Shown here in pieces: positions 47,400 through 60,849 of a stretch of 64,000 bases of DNA; position 1 is the first letter of the stretch, and each line of letters opens with the position of its first letter. The stretch lies in the NCBI GenBank assembly GCA_036172245.1, contig JAYWIR010000003.1, positions 7,192,001-7,256,000 on the forward strand. Reading direction: 5' to 3'. Both the position numbers and the translations under genes were made by a program. Source of the stretch: Raillietiella orientalis. Taxonomy: Eukaryota. Under the pieces are notes generated by a model that worked only from the letters and a program-made list of their open reading frames with translations, had not been told where the DNA came from and ran no database searches.

Positions 47400-50300
47400 G
47401 TGGCTCCCCGGTCCTCCGCTTGCTTACTCCGCCCTTTGACTGCGTCCGCCCCCAGTCCCTGGACCGCTGCACCCGGGGCGACTTCCCGCGCGCTTCCGGT
47501 GTCCTCTGGGAAAACTCCCGAGACTCTCGGACCGACGTCCGACCGAATGACTACCGATCGGGCAACGCCGGAGGCCGACGTGCGTCTGGGCGGCGCTGCT
47601 CCTCCACGGCCCAGCGGCGAGGTCGGGCGGGAGAGGTCGCAGTCTTTCCGTGACCGCAAGGGGCCTCCGCCCGTGCTCGGTTCTTCCTCGCAAAGGCGTG
47701 GCTTTGGCGCACCGCTATTCTTGCTCTTCGCCGCCTTCGGAAGCTGCGCGCGGTCCCACAGCTCTCCTTCGTGACGCACCTCCCCTGGTGACCTCCGTCG
47801 CTGCTGCCGCCTTGCGTCTCGGGACGGCAAAGCGCTGCTCTGACGTCAGCGAAGGTCCGGAACGCGCGGGCGGACCGCGGGCATGGCATCCCCATGTGGC
47901 TCAGGTGGCCAGACGAGCGCTCCTGGTGACCCTTTCGGTCTCGGTGGAGCAGCGCCCGAGTAAACCCCTACTCCTGGTTCCTTTCCATCCTCTCCTCTCT
48001 GTTTCACCCACATCAACCGGCTCCTATTCCGGCTCCGCGCCTTTGCCCTACCCTTTGGGAGGACCTTCTCTCTGTCCCGCCCAGGGCCACCCACAGACCG
48101 TGCACCTCTCCGAATCCGCCCTCTGCGAGGTGACTCGCAAATCGCACCGGCCGACCCGCTCCCTTCCACTGACTATCCTTTCCCTCCGTGGGCCCGCCAG
48201 CGCGAGGGAGGTGGTCACCGCTCGGAGGGGAATGCCTGCTCCCTGCAACTGGACGGTGCGAGCGCAGCTTCTTCAATCGTCAAAGTTCGTCGCCGGCGGC
48301 AGCGACGGGGTGGAGGTCAACTTGTTGATGAGGGGTCACGGATCGGTGACATAGGTGCGAGAGGGGCCGCTTCGGAGGGACGGTTCCAAAGGACCTCGTG
48401 CACCAGGCATCTAAGAAGGACTCTGCGACTTCGCTGCTGCCGCCGGCATGGACCCCGGAGTCTGCGACCCTATCTTCAGCTGCGTTTCCCGGGCAACGCG
48501 TTCGGCACCCGGCGCCCATCGTTTCCATGGAAACAGGAACCTTCCCGGAAGTGGAGGACGACGACGCCCCCCTTTACGACGGCGTGACCACGCGCAGCCT
48601 CCGGAGGGTGGTTGGTCTTCTCGCTCTCCTGAGGCGGCTGTCAGTGCACCGGTCTTCTTCCCCTCCGCAGGGGAAGGAAAGGGATCCTTTTCGATCGGAA
48701 TGAGGACAGGGGCGTCCTTCCCCCTGGAGGCAGGAGGCGCGCAGCGGAAGAAGGCGTGGACATCTTTCGTTGCCTCAACTCTCCAGAGATGGCGCGGTTT
48801 CCCCTCTCGACATGGAGCGAACCACACCCCCAGTGGCAGAGGGTTAGGAAGGGAAGCGAATATGGGCCTCTCAGGATCCTCCGAAACGATCCGCAGGTTG
48901 CCAGGTTGCGTGACCGGGAGGCGGCGGCAGCGGCCGCCAACTCTGACGACGGGCTGGCGAGCAACGTCGGACGTGGTCACCAGAGTGGCATTGGCCTGGA
49001 ATGGAGCACCACGGGAAGGGTTCGATGGAGACGAAAGCGGGGGAGAAGGGGGAGGCACAGCTCCTCCTCCTTTCTAACAGGGGAGGACGGTTGCCCTTTC
49101 TCCGAGGGCAGCGATCTCAGCTGACCCTAGGGGTTCGCTCGTGCTCTCCGAAAGAAGGAAAGGGGAGGATCATCTCGATGCGCGCGTGGGGCGCAAGAGG
49201 ACCCGTAAGTTGTGGCATCCCTCTCCTTGAAGAGTGTTGTTCCGTGTCGCGGGGCTGCAGCAGAGGGATGCGTTAGTCTCTCAGGGAACGGCAGCGCCTC
49301 CCGGAGTGCCTCTTGAGAACCACGCGGCTTCTCGGTTCCCGTGCAACCTGGCCGATCTCAAGAGTGCTCGCAGGAGCTTCGCGGAAGGGAATAGTGCCTA
49401 TTCCCTCCACGTAAACTGCGCGGAAGGGATGGGCGCCTCCTCCCGTTCTCCCGCGGGCTCTTCGGAGGTCTCGACGGGGATAGCAGAGCAGTGCAGCCGC
49501 CCTGTCGGCAGGGGCGGCGACCCTTTAAGCCCTGCCTCGACCCTTTCCCTCCGGCGTGGTGTACTCCTCCCTGCTCACAGTGGTGCCAACGTTTCAGAGT
49601 TCCCTGCAGCGGTGCACCAGGGCGACTCCGCCGCCGCGACCTCGGTGGCGCTGTTCGGCGACCTCATCCTGTTTTTGGCGCTCACTTGGAGACTCTGCCC
49701 GTGATCCGCATCTCCCGAGAGCGGCGGCGGTCGAGCAGAGAAGGAAGGAAGGAAAGGAAGTACGGGCAGACCCTATTGCCTCTCTGCCGGAGGAAAAGAA
49801 CACGGACGCAGCCGCCCCGCGAAACCCCCAGGGGATCTCCACGCCCTCCTAGCTGACCCGCCGCCCGAGCGCGCGCAGCGAAGCCGGAAGAAGAGTACTG
49901 ATCCGACCACCGACCCGGGGCTCGTGGAAGCCTCGCAGATCCCTGTCATCTCTCGCAAATTCCATCCGAGACCTCCCTGCCGACCTCGGCAGTCTGCTGG
50001 TCCTTTCGCCCTGAGGCAGCAGAAGCGGCGAGCTTGCGGATGCCCCTGTGCCTTTCCAAGGAGCCGAAAGGCGGGCTGTACGGTGCAGGCTGCTCCCGGA
50101 TGCTGCTGTCACGGCGTCCCGGGGCTTCGCAGCAGCTTGGATGGAAGGCTCCTTCGACCCGGAAGCTGCATCTCCACGCTCTTCGCACGGATCACCGGCC
50201 CGATGGCAACGGCGGCGCGTCTGCTTCACATGGGCTTCCAAGGTCCAATAAACTGGAATCGGGACGTCGAAGAAGCTTCCGAAGGGGTTTACGCGCGCCT

Positions 50301-51400
50301 TCTTGGGCGACTCGCGTCCACTTCTCGCGCACATACGAGTGAGCGGTCAGCGCCGATGCTCTCCGGGTCGTCTTCTTTTCGCCTACCCTGGGGGAATGAG
50401 CGCTGGACTCACCACCCGACTTCCCCAGGGTCCACACGCGCGACTCTGTGCCGTGGGCGAGCGAAAGGTTGCCAAAGCTCTGCGGCAATGGAATTTCTCC
50501 GATGGCCAGGAAACGGGTCGACGGCTAACAGAGAGCGGACGGGTGGACAACACAAGGAGGGTGCATGGACAGATGGTGGATAGGTTGTGAAAATGGGCAA
50601 TAGGTCTGTGCACGACGGACAGATTGGGAGGTGCACGATGGACCCAAGGAGGGCACCAGAGGAACGGTAGGTGTGCAGGAAGTGTGCAGGAAGTAGGTGG
50701 ATAGGTGATGGAGGATCCTCTTTTTCGAGATTTGGAGGACGCTTCGAGGCGAGCGGGGAAGGGAATCGGCGGAGGCACTCGCGCCGGTGGCCCTCTGGTG
50801 GAGGCACTCGCAGATGTCGAACGGCAGCTGCCCTGCGGCGCAGTCCCGTCCGCTTGTTCCGGAGGGGACGGCGACGCCTCCGATCTGCCCGTCAACAGGC
50901 GACGCGCGTTGCACGCCTCGCGTGATGCGCGGTTTTCACGCTGCTTTCGCCCCGTTGCTAGGAGCGCAGCCTCTCGTTATCTCGTTATATCCCCAAGGTG
51001 ACTCTCAGACACCACTATGGTCTGCTGAAGACTGTCAGAGGACTGCGCTGCCCTCCTGACCATGTCTTCCCTCCCTTCCCTCTTATCCGACCCAAGGAGG
51101 GGCGCACTTGCAGTCCGGCAGAGGATTCGGGATGCGCTCTTGACCGCGAGCCGGTGCACCCTCAGAAAGGATCCCTCTCCCGTCCCGCTCCTTGGCGCCA
51201 TGTGACGTGGCAGTGCCTTATTCCCGGGAGGCTTCGCACCACCTGCTGCCCAAGCGAGCGGGAGGTGGCACGGCTCACGGAACTGTCCGAAGACCCACGA
51301 AGGGCGTGCCACCCAATTCCTCCCGGGGCGAGTTCCGCCGGTAGGGCACCCTTGGGAGGTCTCGGGGGACTAAGTTCGTCCTGACTTGTAGCCGCGGACT
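47400..51400 (+). mobile_element. Decayed L1-like ORF2 in sense orientation (APE end, RT, C-terminus)
   Basis: NWTVRAQLLQSSKF (W-LN--LL---F), DLKSARRSF, GRGGDPLSPA (QGDPLSP), ALFGDLILFL (LFADD-IL), GPINWNR, WRHVTWQC. Confidence 0.65.
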
Positions 51401-52916
51401 TTGGTGGTGCCGGGTATCCTCCCCAGCTGGCGCGAAGGGTGCTGCTTTCTCCGTCGGCACCGCGAGGACGCCAGCATCCGACAGCACCCTCGATGGTGAG
51501 CGGTCGGTCGAGGGGCCATCGGGTAGGGTCGCGACCTCGAAGAAAAGGAGAACAAGGGCAGAAGGGGAGAAAATGGGGTGGCTGCCGATCCCGGTGGCCT
51601 CGGGAGGAGAGATCTCGACTGCTATCGCACGACCTAGGGGGCCCATGGCCTCGTCCCCCCGCCGCTTGCCGCTCTCGAAGGAAAGGAGACGCTCCCTTTC
51701 CTCCAGGGACGTCCTGGACTCTGTTTCTGCTGGTCCGGATAGCCGACGCTCGCACAGTAATCGTAAGGACTTTCCTCAGGATGCACCCTCGGGCGAGCGA
51801 CGGCGCTTGCTCTGCCTCCTGCCCCTTCCATCGGTTGGCTCACGGCAGTTGGAAAACCTTGGATTCTACGTGACTCCTGCGGCGTTTTCTAAGGAATCTT
51901 TCCGGGGAAGTTGCGGGTCGTCTCTGACCAGTTTCGGCCTGCTCTGGGTCGCTGCGAAGGGCGCGAAAGATCCCCAGAGCTCTCAGAGGACTGGCCCACC
52001 GGCATCGGAAGGAGAGTCGGTAGGGGTAGGTCAAGGACGCGTCCAGTGGATGCCGAGATTGGAGGGGGAAGGGGTGTGTGCCGATTCCGTCAGAGGGGTC
52101 GCGCCGATGCGCTCGCACTTCCACGCAGGCGAGTCATTCCGGACGCCGCTCGCGAGGAGAGAAAATCCGGGAAGGGGGCATGGAGGCTGGACATCTCAGC
52201 TGGGGCAGCACCGCTGCCGGATGCTGGAGGAACGAGCACAGGAGAGGGACGCTGGGAGAGGCCGTGGGGATCTGCTGGCCGCGACCTTGGGCACGGACCT
52301 TCCGTAGTTCCCAACTGTGTGGGAGTGGTGAGACGCCCCCGCGAGTGCGGTGGTGCAGGAGGAAGGGACTCGCGCGGCAGGAAGAAGGGCGAGGAATCCG
52401 CTGCCGTCTCGCCCTGCCTCGCTAGCGGGAACCGGGAATCGTCCGCTCACTTCCGGAGTCCTCCCCCCTCTTTGCTTCCCGGACCCGAACCGCTTACGAG
52501 GAACGCTCAAATAGTCTCCCCAAGGAGGAGAGGCGGCCGATCACTGTCCTCACCGAACGCGCTACGCAGCTCGCATCTGAGGCTGGGCAGTGACACCCAT
52601 CCCGTAGCTGTGCAAGCACCTAACGCGGGGCGGGGAGTCGCTGCCCCGAACGAGACCGAGGCTCGGAGAACCCCAAGGATTGGGGGAGGTCGCGGCGAAG
52701 TCTCCGCGCGACCGGTGTTTACGCAGGACACGTGACTCGTTGCTTGCGTGTCCCAGGCGTTCAGCACTCGCGGCATCCATGTGTGACGCAGCATCCACGC
52801 CAGAGGGGAGCACCCGAATTTTCAGAGAAGGCCGGAAAGTCGACCTGCATCTCACACTCACAACCGTGCGATCTCAAAATCTTCTCCCGGTAGGTGGCGG
52901 AGAATGCCACCCACGA

Positions 52917-53025
52917 ATCCTTGCCTCTTTGACCTTTTTGTCCTCAGCCTTCCCATCCACCCATCCTTGCCTCTTTGATACCCTCGTTCCCGCCTTTCCA
53001 TCCCTCATCTCTGCCTCTTTGACCC
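52917..53025. repeat. ~45-bp degenerate tandem repeat, ~2.5 copies
   Basis: ATC(C/T)(T/C)TGCCTCTTTGA recurs at 52917, 52963 and 53007. Confidence 0.75.
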
Positions 53026-53049
53026 CTGTGTTCTTGTGTTCTCTGAGCC

Positions 53050-56000
53050 ACCACCTGATTCGACGGCTGTGTGGATGAGTTGAGGAATGGCCTTAAGCCT
53101 GAAGGGGGTTGCCAAATAGATTCCTGGCAACCCTCGATAGCACACAGACACGCCGCTGCCTACAATTCCACGCACACAGCATCCAAGGCGACTGTGGCAT
53201 TGACACGCGGAAGGTCATGGAGAGGGTCTTAATACTTTCATTCCCAAGAGGGCTGCGTAAGTCGCGGTTACCAGGGGTATCCCTCTCGTCGTTCCTAGAA
53301 TTCCCGAATGCGCATTTAGCTGCCTGCTTGCTGCCAGCTGCTTCCTCTGGGTTTGCGGATAACCCCCATGTCCTAGATTCCTCCTATCCAGCATGTCCGG
53401 CCTTCACACCAATGTTCCACTGATCGTGGACAGGTTATTCCGTCCAGCGGACAGCAAAGGCTCCAACGGCAGAGATGGCTGCAACCCTGAGGCGTGTCTT
53501 AGACGTGAGCCTGGAGATCGCTGCTCCTCCATCCAGATCGAATTGCCTCCCAACGTGCTCCTGTCGCCATCATCACGGAATTTAAGCAATTCTGCTATCG
53601 CAAAAATTCCGCGAGTTGTTCCAGAGTTGACCTCGTCTCTCTGATTCAAGTCAGTCAACAAATTTTTGCTTTTTTCTGGAAGCTTCTCAAAAAGTCACGA
53701 GGAGCAGATCTTCCGCGGTTTCCGCAACCACAGAAACGTTCGCTGGAACTTGACCGGAGAGTAGAATGGCCTCACTCAAGGAGAGAAGAAATTCGGGGCA
53801 GCTCTCGTCTCTGGTGCCGACGCCGAAGATGGCACGAGGCTGTTCGAAGCGCGCGGAGCAACTAGACCAGCGGTCCAGGCAAATGCCAAACGGAATTCCT
53901 CGCTTTCAACAGGCGTTAGCGCGGAGATTGGCTCACGCGGACTGTAGAGAGGGAGGGAGAGTCCATGTGCTGTCAAGGAGACGCTTCTCGCCGCAACGGC
54001 GTCCGGGAACACGGTCGCAGGAGCAGCTCGGAATCGGTCTGCTCCTGCGCGGCTTGAGCAAAGTCTGACTGAGCTCCGAATCCTCTCCTGAGCCTCACAA
54101 GAAGGATGCCGAAGATCTCCTGTCCTTCAGCTCCCTAGGTTAGTCTCAATAGAGACCGCTTCCGCATCATCTGCAGAAAAGAGCCTGCGACATGGAGACG
54201 TGATGAAAGCCTGCATTCCAGTACGTCAATCGTAGGCAGGTCTGCCGCCCACATGCAATGTTGGGGTTCGTCCAGACTGCGGCATCTGAGCAACGCGCTG
54301 CTCAGCGTCACATCGGAAAATCGCCTGACATTGGTCCTGTGAAGGTTTCCTGGATTTCGGTCCATCAAAGCAAGCAGATAGCGCCGTCCCTCTCTTCCTG
54401 ACTGCTGGTTCCATCCCGAGCACATTGCGTTGCATTTCCTTGCACTTGCGTCGTCATCATCTGCAGCAAGGGTTTTTGCTCTTCTTGAGTGCTTCCTCTG
54501 AAAAAGCTGTGGGAGCATGAGGCGGAGTCCTCGTAGGTCAAAGGGGAGGCGCACGATGGTCAGGTGTGCTCCTGGACCCTGTGAGGTCCTCGGCGTCCAA
54601 AATCTGAAGAACACCAAAGCTCCCCAAGTCTTGACCTGGGCTGAAAACGCGTCCGGTATTTTCACCGTAAAAATCTTTGCCGCGAGCATTTCTGCCGCTC
54701 AGCTGGTTGGCCGAGAGGCGATTCTGCCGCATAAGATGAAATCGCTCGTTGGCAGAGCGATTTCCATCTCTCCACGGGTGCGTCGACTGCCTTCGGCAGA
54801 CTTTCAGTGCGTCCCAGCCAGTGCCGGGGCTTGGTTTCCTCTGTCTACCTGGAGGAAGCTCTCGAGCCACTCCCGTCCACCATCCATATGGAGCGCGGAG
54901 CAAGAGAGAGCAAGGAGGCGGATGACATTCCGTAACGAAAGGTGGTCGCAGTCTGTCGGTCAGTCGTGCCTGCCGCCTGCCGTCCCTGAGGGAAGTCAAG
55001 GAAGAGACGGATGCCAACTCCCGACGGAAGCCTCGAGTGCGTCGACTGTGGACTCTTTGTCTCCCTCAGATCCAACTGCTTCTTTTCTCGTGCCGCTCCC
55101 CATCAGGCTTTCCGCTCAGTGCTAGGAGTCGCAAGCAGCAGAAGAATCGAACTCCTCGAGCATTCTACCCCTCCGCTGCTCTCAAGGAAGATTTCTTTAT
55201 GTTGCCACCGACTCTTGACGGTTCCTTGTGTCCTTCCCGGAGTCGTTTCTTCATTTTTCACGATTCTGTATTTCACAGAGATATTGCCACGTGGCCAAAA
55301 TGCTTGCTATGAAGACACTACACCACGAAAACACCTTAAGCCGGCTGAGAACGTCGCTGTCTTCGAGGAAAATGGAGCTGTGGTTCCCAGGAGTGGTTCT
55401 GGCGGACAGCCTAGCGGATTGACGCTGGTGCCTCTCTGAGAAAGACTGAGAGTTACCATCAAATGCCCCGCCGCTTTTCGGCTTCAACGTTAAGGAATGG
55501 CCTTTCCACAGCAATGCATTTCCTATCGGTGATCCGGCTGTCCTCACGTCTTGCGAGATATGGAACGGATGAAGCCGTCTTCCTCCTCCTTACGATTGCT
55601 GCACGCACGCACCAAAGCATCGTCAGTGTTGGCGGTGGGGTTTGAGAGCGTCCCTGTGGGGTAAAATACTTCCACAGATTCTGCCGGAGGAAAGAAAGAA
55701 AGGAAGGGGACGCTCCTGGTGCACGAGGGATGCCTCCATTCGTTGGCATCCGCCACGGACGTACCTGCCTCTAGAATCCGGCGCGAGAGCGATCCGAACG
55801 CCTTGTCCACCTAACACAGTTCAAGAAGACGCTTCCCCCCTCCTCCGATATCGCTGGCGTCTCGGGAAGTTCCATTGCCGCGCTGAAAGTGTCGTCGTCT
55901 GTTGCCACCACCGGCGAGAAAACATCGAATCGTTCAGGACGATGCTGGAGACCCATTCTGTCCCATTCAGGGGAATGTCGAGATTGCCTATCCACCGGTG

Positions 56001-56300
56001 CAGTCCCTGGGCGCCAACACCTAGTGTGGTGGCGTCCAGGAGCTTTCGGGCCGGCTTCCGGGATCCTCGATCCTTCAAGAACCCTCCCTCCAAGCCAGAT
56101 AGGTCTTATAGCAAGGACAGCGCTAGGAGCATGGCGGTGGCAAGTATCCACTTCCCGGGGGTTCCCTCGTGTCCCTTGCAGAAGCTATCCCGAGGCTCCC
56201 ATAAGGGACACGACGAACCCGAGGCTTTAGACGGAAAGGAGCAGCTCGTGGTTGGTCTGCGGGGAAAGAGTATCCAGGTACCCAGCATTTTCCTTCCTCC
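53050..56300 (-). mobile_element. Decayed L1/Tx1-like element: ORF1 zinc-knuckle region, APE, RT N-terminus
   Basis: VPFLSF...VEVFYP...ACSNRKEEEDG (ORF1 knuckle-like, ~55700-55575); TPDHRA (SDH-like, ~54560); LTPVESEEFRLAF...VAPRASNSL (PIT-EE...KAPGPDG-like, ~53900); AEDLLLVTF. Confidence 0.55.
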
Positions 56301-56799
56301 TGACCTATAATTCATCTATCAGCATGGAGTCTACGCGTGCTTCCGCAGCAGGGAGATCGTGTGGTTTACAAGGGGCCCTCCTGCCGGTTTGACCACCCGC
56401 GGGAGGGGAGCCGGAGGGCTGAATCCTCTTCGTCGGGATCCGACTGGTCTTCACCGCTACCGAGGGTGGGACCTACGGGTCGCCCAGTCTCGGTTGGGCG
56501 CGACGGCAGAAGCAGCGCTGCGAGTCTCGGGATGCATCCTTCTGCCCTTCTCTTCCGATGCTGGATTCTCATGGACGGGTGCTTTCGGCGCATCTGCAAG
56601 AGAAGGGCGGAAGCACTCAAAATAGACGAGCGCGGACCCACTGTCTTGAAGAGGTCAAGGGAGCGGCTTGAGGAAGAGCTCGTCTTGCAGGAGAGGCTGG
56701 CAGTTGTCCCCTGCTTTCCTCTTTTCTTCTCCGCTCTCTCGGAGGCATTGGCGAAGGGCTCGCAAGCGGCGTCGGACTCCGGGACGCCCGAGCACTTCC

Positions 56800-59240
56800 T
56801 GAAGCTGCACGCTGATGCTGCGTGCACAGGATGCTTCGAGGATCGCGTCGCCGAGAGAGGCGGACTTCAGGAGCTCAAATTTATCACGACTCCCTCAGGA
56901 GGCATGGGAATGGAGCATTCCTGCCCTTGCTCACGGTGTCTCGTCTCGAGGGCCTCAGGCTCTCGGTCGGCTGTGGAGGGTTGGCATCCCGTCCGCTCCG
57001 TAGCCGCCACAAGACGAATTTGGCACAGAGGGGGATGGCCTCTCTGCAAGAAGGAGACCTGCAGGTGTCGTGCTGTTGCCAGGGAGTTCAGCAATTAGCA
57101 CGGAGAAGGGGTCGACACCTCGGGCACGGACGACGCGGTGTCCGTCCGTAATTGTTGCGTCCTACGTGCCCTTTCGTGAGGGTCTCTCTCGGTGGGGTAA
57201 TGCTGGACCTAGAGAATTCCTCCGCGCCACTATAATGCAGTGTTAGGCATCCTCTAGATGATGACCAGCAGGGCAAGAGTTGCCCTGCAGCATCGCGGGA
57301 GCGACGCCCCTCCCTGCGAATGGGTGGCAGCCCTGCTGACCACCTGAGTCTCTGCAGAAAGGCGGGAGTTACCCGGATCTGCTGGACGTTCTTCAATAGG
57401 AAGCTGGCAGTCTCCCGGTGTGTCTGGGCAGCTCCGTGCCCTTATCCCTTCATCCCAAGACGCAGCAGGCGACACTCACGAAGGACGGCGCACTTCCTGC
57501 ACTGGAGCTCCCCGTGTGCCAGCGCTGCTGAGCTGCCATGGTGTCCTTCTTTCTGTCTGGAGGGGACTAGGCAAACGGTCTTTGGCACCCATGTGATTCT
57601 CCCATTTAACTTTAGCAGGTTTTTATCGTATCGGATGGTGTGGTGCTTTCTCCTGAGCCATCGCTTTGCTGCGTCAGCCCTTCCCTGACGCCTCCGAGTG
57701 AGTTCTTTCGAATTCCAATAGGAGGTCGGAAGAAATGACTAGGAACTGACTAAGAACTTTGCCTACGGCCTCCAACAGGAATCCGAAGGCATAGTTCATG
57801 GTAAGCCATTTCGAAAGAGTGGCTCACGCGTCGCCATGTAGGCAGCGGTCTCCTCGTTCCTGATGGAAGGCTCAGGGCTGTGTTCCTCGAGCACGTGGAT
57901 GCTGCGAAACAGTCCGCCTGCCTCCAAGGCATTATGACCGGCGGGGACGCGCTGTGATGGGCCACACCGGCACGTGGGTTCCGTGCTTTTCTGGGACGGT
58001 GCGCAGAGCAGACTTGTCCGACTCTGAGACAAGAAGCAGCCGCGACCACCATGTTGGCTGAGGTTCAGGGCGCCTTGCGATTTTTCTTGTATTTTTCCCT
58101 CTGCGGGGACGCCTGAAGATGATTCTCGTGCTCAGCGCCTGTTCCCTCGGGCTCGAAGAGAGGAATCCCCCTAGTAACCGGAAGGTTTGGCAACCTCTCC
58201 CCCTTGAGCTTCCCTTCCAACAATAGAGATGCCCTTGTGGCTGCCTCCGTGGTCCATGGGGAAGATTGCAGCTTGATTCCACCGTCAGCCCAACCCTGCA
58301 CAAGAATTCTGTTAACCCAGTGACGTCATGGCGTCATGAAATGAATGCGAGTGGTCGAAAACCATCGGTTCCCACTGCGTGCGCGCACACCGCATATTCG
58401 TGTGAGAGCCCCTTTCCAGCAGTGGGAACGTCCATGTGCTCTGGCACGAGCGCCGGATGCAAGAAAGGACGACCTGCTGGACCCACTAGCTGGTTGGCAA
58501 GGCCGGGGATCTCAGCGCACCAGGGTCAGCCCTTGAGCTCTAAGGGGCTAGCTGTAGACAAGATGATGTGGACAAGGTCCAATAAACCTGAAAAGCGTGG
58601 GGACCGTCCTACGGAGGAGCGACCTACCGTCAGACGTCCAAGACTGCCCCCTGGCGTCCTCTCACGGAGGGTGCCTGCGCGGAATGGTGCCGCAGCACTG
58701 GGAGGGGGAACCCCAACAGCAAAGACCGCCCCACTCACGGCACCACGAAAGACGACCCACACCTGTGCAACTGCGGAACCGTTGTTGCGGACTGGCAAGT
58801 GGTCAGGAAGGCCTTGGGGAAACAGTCGACAGTCCAAGGTCGAAATCCCGCGAGGACTCTTCGAGGAACATGAAACCCCACTTTGAGGACAATTCTCCAT
58901 CCGGAGCATCCTCGTCGGGAGGACCAAAGTCCTGGGGCAGCACGCTTGTACAGCAGAAGGGCATCCTCACCGGTTTGTGAAAATAAAGGAGATCGTGGGC
59001 TGTAGGGGAGGAGTTCCCGCTGCACCCTTCAGGGAATTCAAGGAGGAAAACTACCTTCCCCTCTACTTCCTGGGGGCAGAACCCCGGGTGCAGAATGCAT
59101 TTCCTCCCAAGTCCCGTCCAGTCCCATCTGCTAAACACGCGCCTCTGGGGAGCAACGGCGCCGTTGCCCAGCAGCAGCAAGAACCGAGCGGTGGAAACCC
59201 CTTTCATGCTGACCCGTGGCAACAACCAGCTGTTGACCTG
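56800..59240 (-). mobile_element. Decayed L1/Tx1-like ORF2 (RT to zinc finger)
   Basis: FSGLLDLVHIIL...LELKG (KAFD-V-H--L---L---G-like), CAHAVG (YADD-like), GGIKLQ, VTRGIPL, CPRC...TARHLQV finger (~57060-57125). Confidence 0.6.
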
Positions 59241-59245
59241 GACTC

Positions 59246-59960
59246 TCACCCGGTACGCCGAGGCGTTTATTTATAGATTGAATAAACATTTGCGATTTCT
59301 GTGGTTGGACCGGTGATTCAAACCCGTCCTTTTTTGATCGAAGCTGCCGGGTGATCGGTTCGCAGACCGGTGTCAGGTCCACCACGAGCAGAAGGGAGGG
59401 GCAAACAAAAGGAAAAAAGAAACAAAAATAAAAACAAATAACTAAATTTGGAAGGGGAAAAGAGGGAGTGCAGGAAGGGATCACTGTCTGCTGGGGATGG
59501 TCCTCTGCATCCTTTGGAGGATGCCGGCAAGGTCTTGCTGGATATTCCTGTTCAGGTGGGGCCATCTCGTTGCCATCCCCATGAAGGGGACTGCGAAGTG
59601 GATGTGGTACCCCTATTGCTGGGTCGTCATGCGTTGCTCCAGGCAGAGAGGATCCTGAGCAGGCAGCAGAGAGCTGCCTACTTGGGATCTCATACTGCCG
59701 GCCGAAGGGTGCCGCGAATGAGGAGGGGTTTGAGAGCGTCCCTGGAATTGCCTCAGGGGATCCCTAGGATCGCGCCGAAGCGCCCCCAGAGGAGGGCCAC
59801 TAGCAGTGCAGGAGGGATTCCCTCACCCCACACCTGCCACAGTCTGGGTCTCCCCCCTCCCCCGGCGTCTAGAGATGCCGTTGCACGAGAGTTCCCAGTG
59901 CGACAGCAGCAGTGCCGACTCCGAGCACTTCAAGGGGAGGGTTCACTGTTGACCTGGATG
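59246..59960 (-). mobile_element. Tx1/L1-like LINE copy 6, 5'-truncated
   Basis: Collinear with copies 3 and 5; stop TGA at 59481-59483 followed by TCCC; structured 3' UTR ending CCGGGTGA at 59246. Confidence 0.88.
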
Positions 59961-60849
59961 TGCGCATCCGTCGGGAGCGTTCAGCACCCCACCGCGAGTC
60001 GGACTGGGCAAAGAACCACGGATTTGCATGCACGCACGCAGATGTGTCCAGACACTATGACGTGGATCGTGTAGGCACTGCACTACGTATATTTAGTGGA
60101 GATGCTGCCGCGAATACACGCAGTGCAGTGTTGCGAAGAGATGAGCACTTTTTTTTCTTTGTTTCTTTTTTCTATAGTAGGCTATTTTCTGAAATTCTAT
60201 ACGAACACTCCGCACACTTGCCACAGGGAGGAAAACATGTACTTGGAAATGCCGCCGTTGGACTTGGTACTACACTACGTGTGTATGCGCACGTGGTTCG
60301 TATACTGTGCATTTTTTTTTCTTGTACCCCGTAAAATTCGCTTCGGTTCTGATGCCTCCCTCCGCGTTCCAAATCTTCCCTTGCAAAATTCCAAGCATCT
60401 GTACAATCCATCCGTACACACTTATGCGGGTCATTTCGTTGCGTCTCCTCGATGAGCGGCACCTGCACTTCCAAGAGGCGGGTAGAAGGTCGACTCTGCT
60501 CTGTACAAATATGTGTACAAAACATCCTGGACGAATGTTAGACCGCGTGTGCGCGGAGACCACGCGTGTACCGAGGTGCACGCTCACGAGTGGCATGGTG
60601 CATATCTGTGAATACATGAGATTATATACGATTGCTTTGGGTCACACCCACCTATGCGGTTGGACGCGCGCGACCTACGACACTCACTGTCTGTTGTGCA
60701 GATGCACCGTGGTGCGGCACGAATGTTGTGTTTCGGCTACACTGCAGGAAAGGAGCTGGAATTCGGAAGCGTTTCCTTCAGTTGCGGGGCGAGAGACGGG
60801 GCTGCCAGGCAACGGAAGGCCGCACGCGTGCACCACCCAGAGCGCGTGA

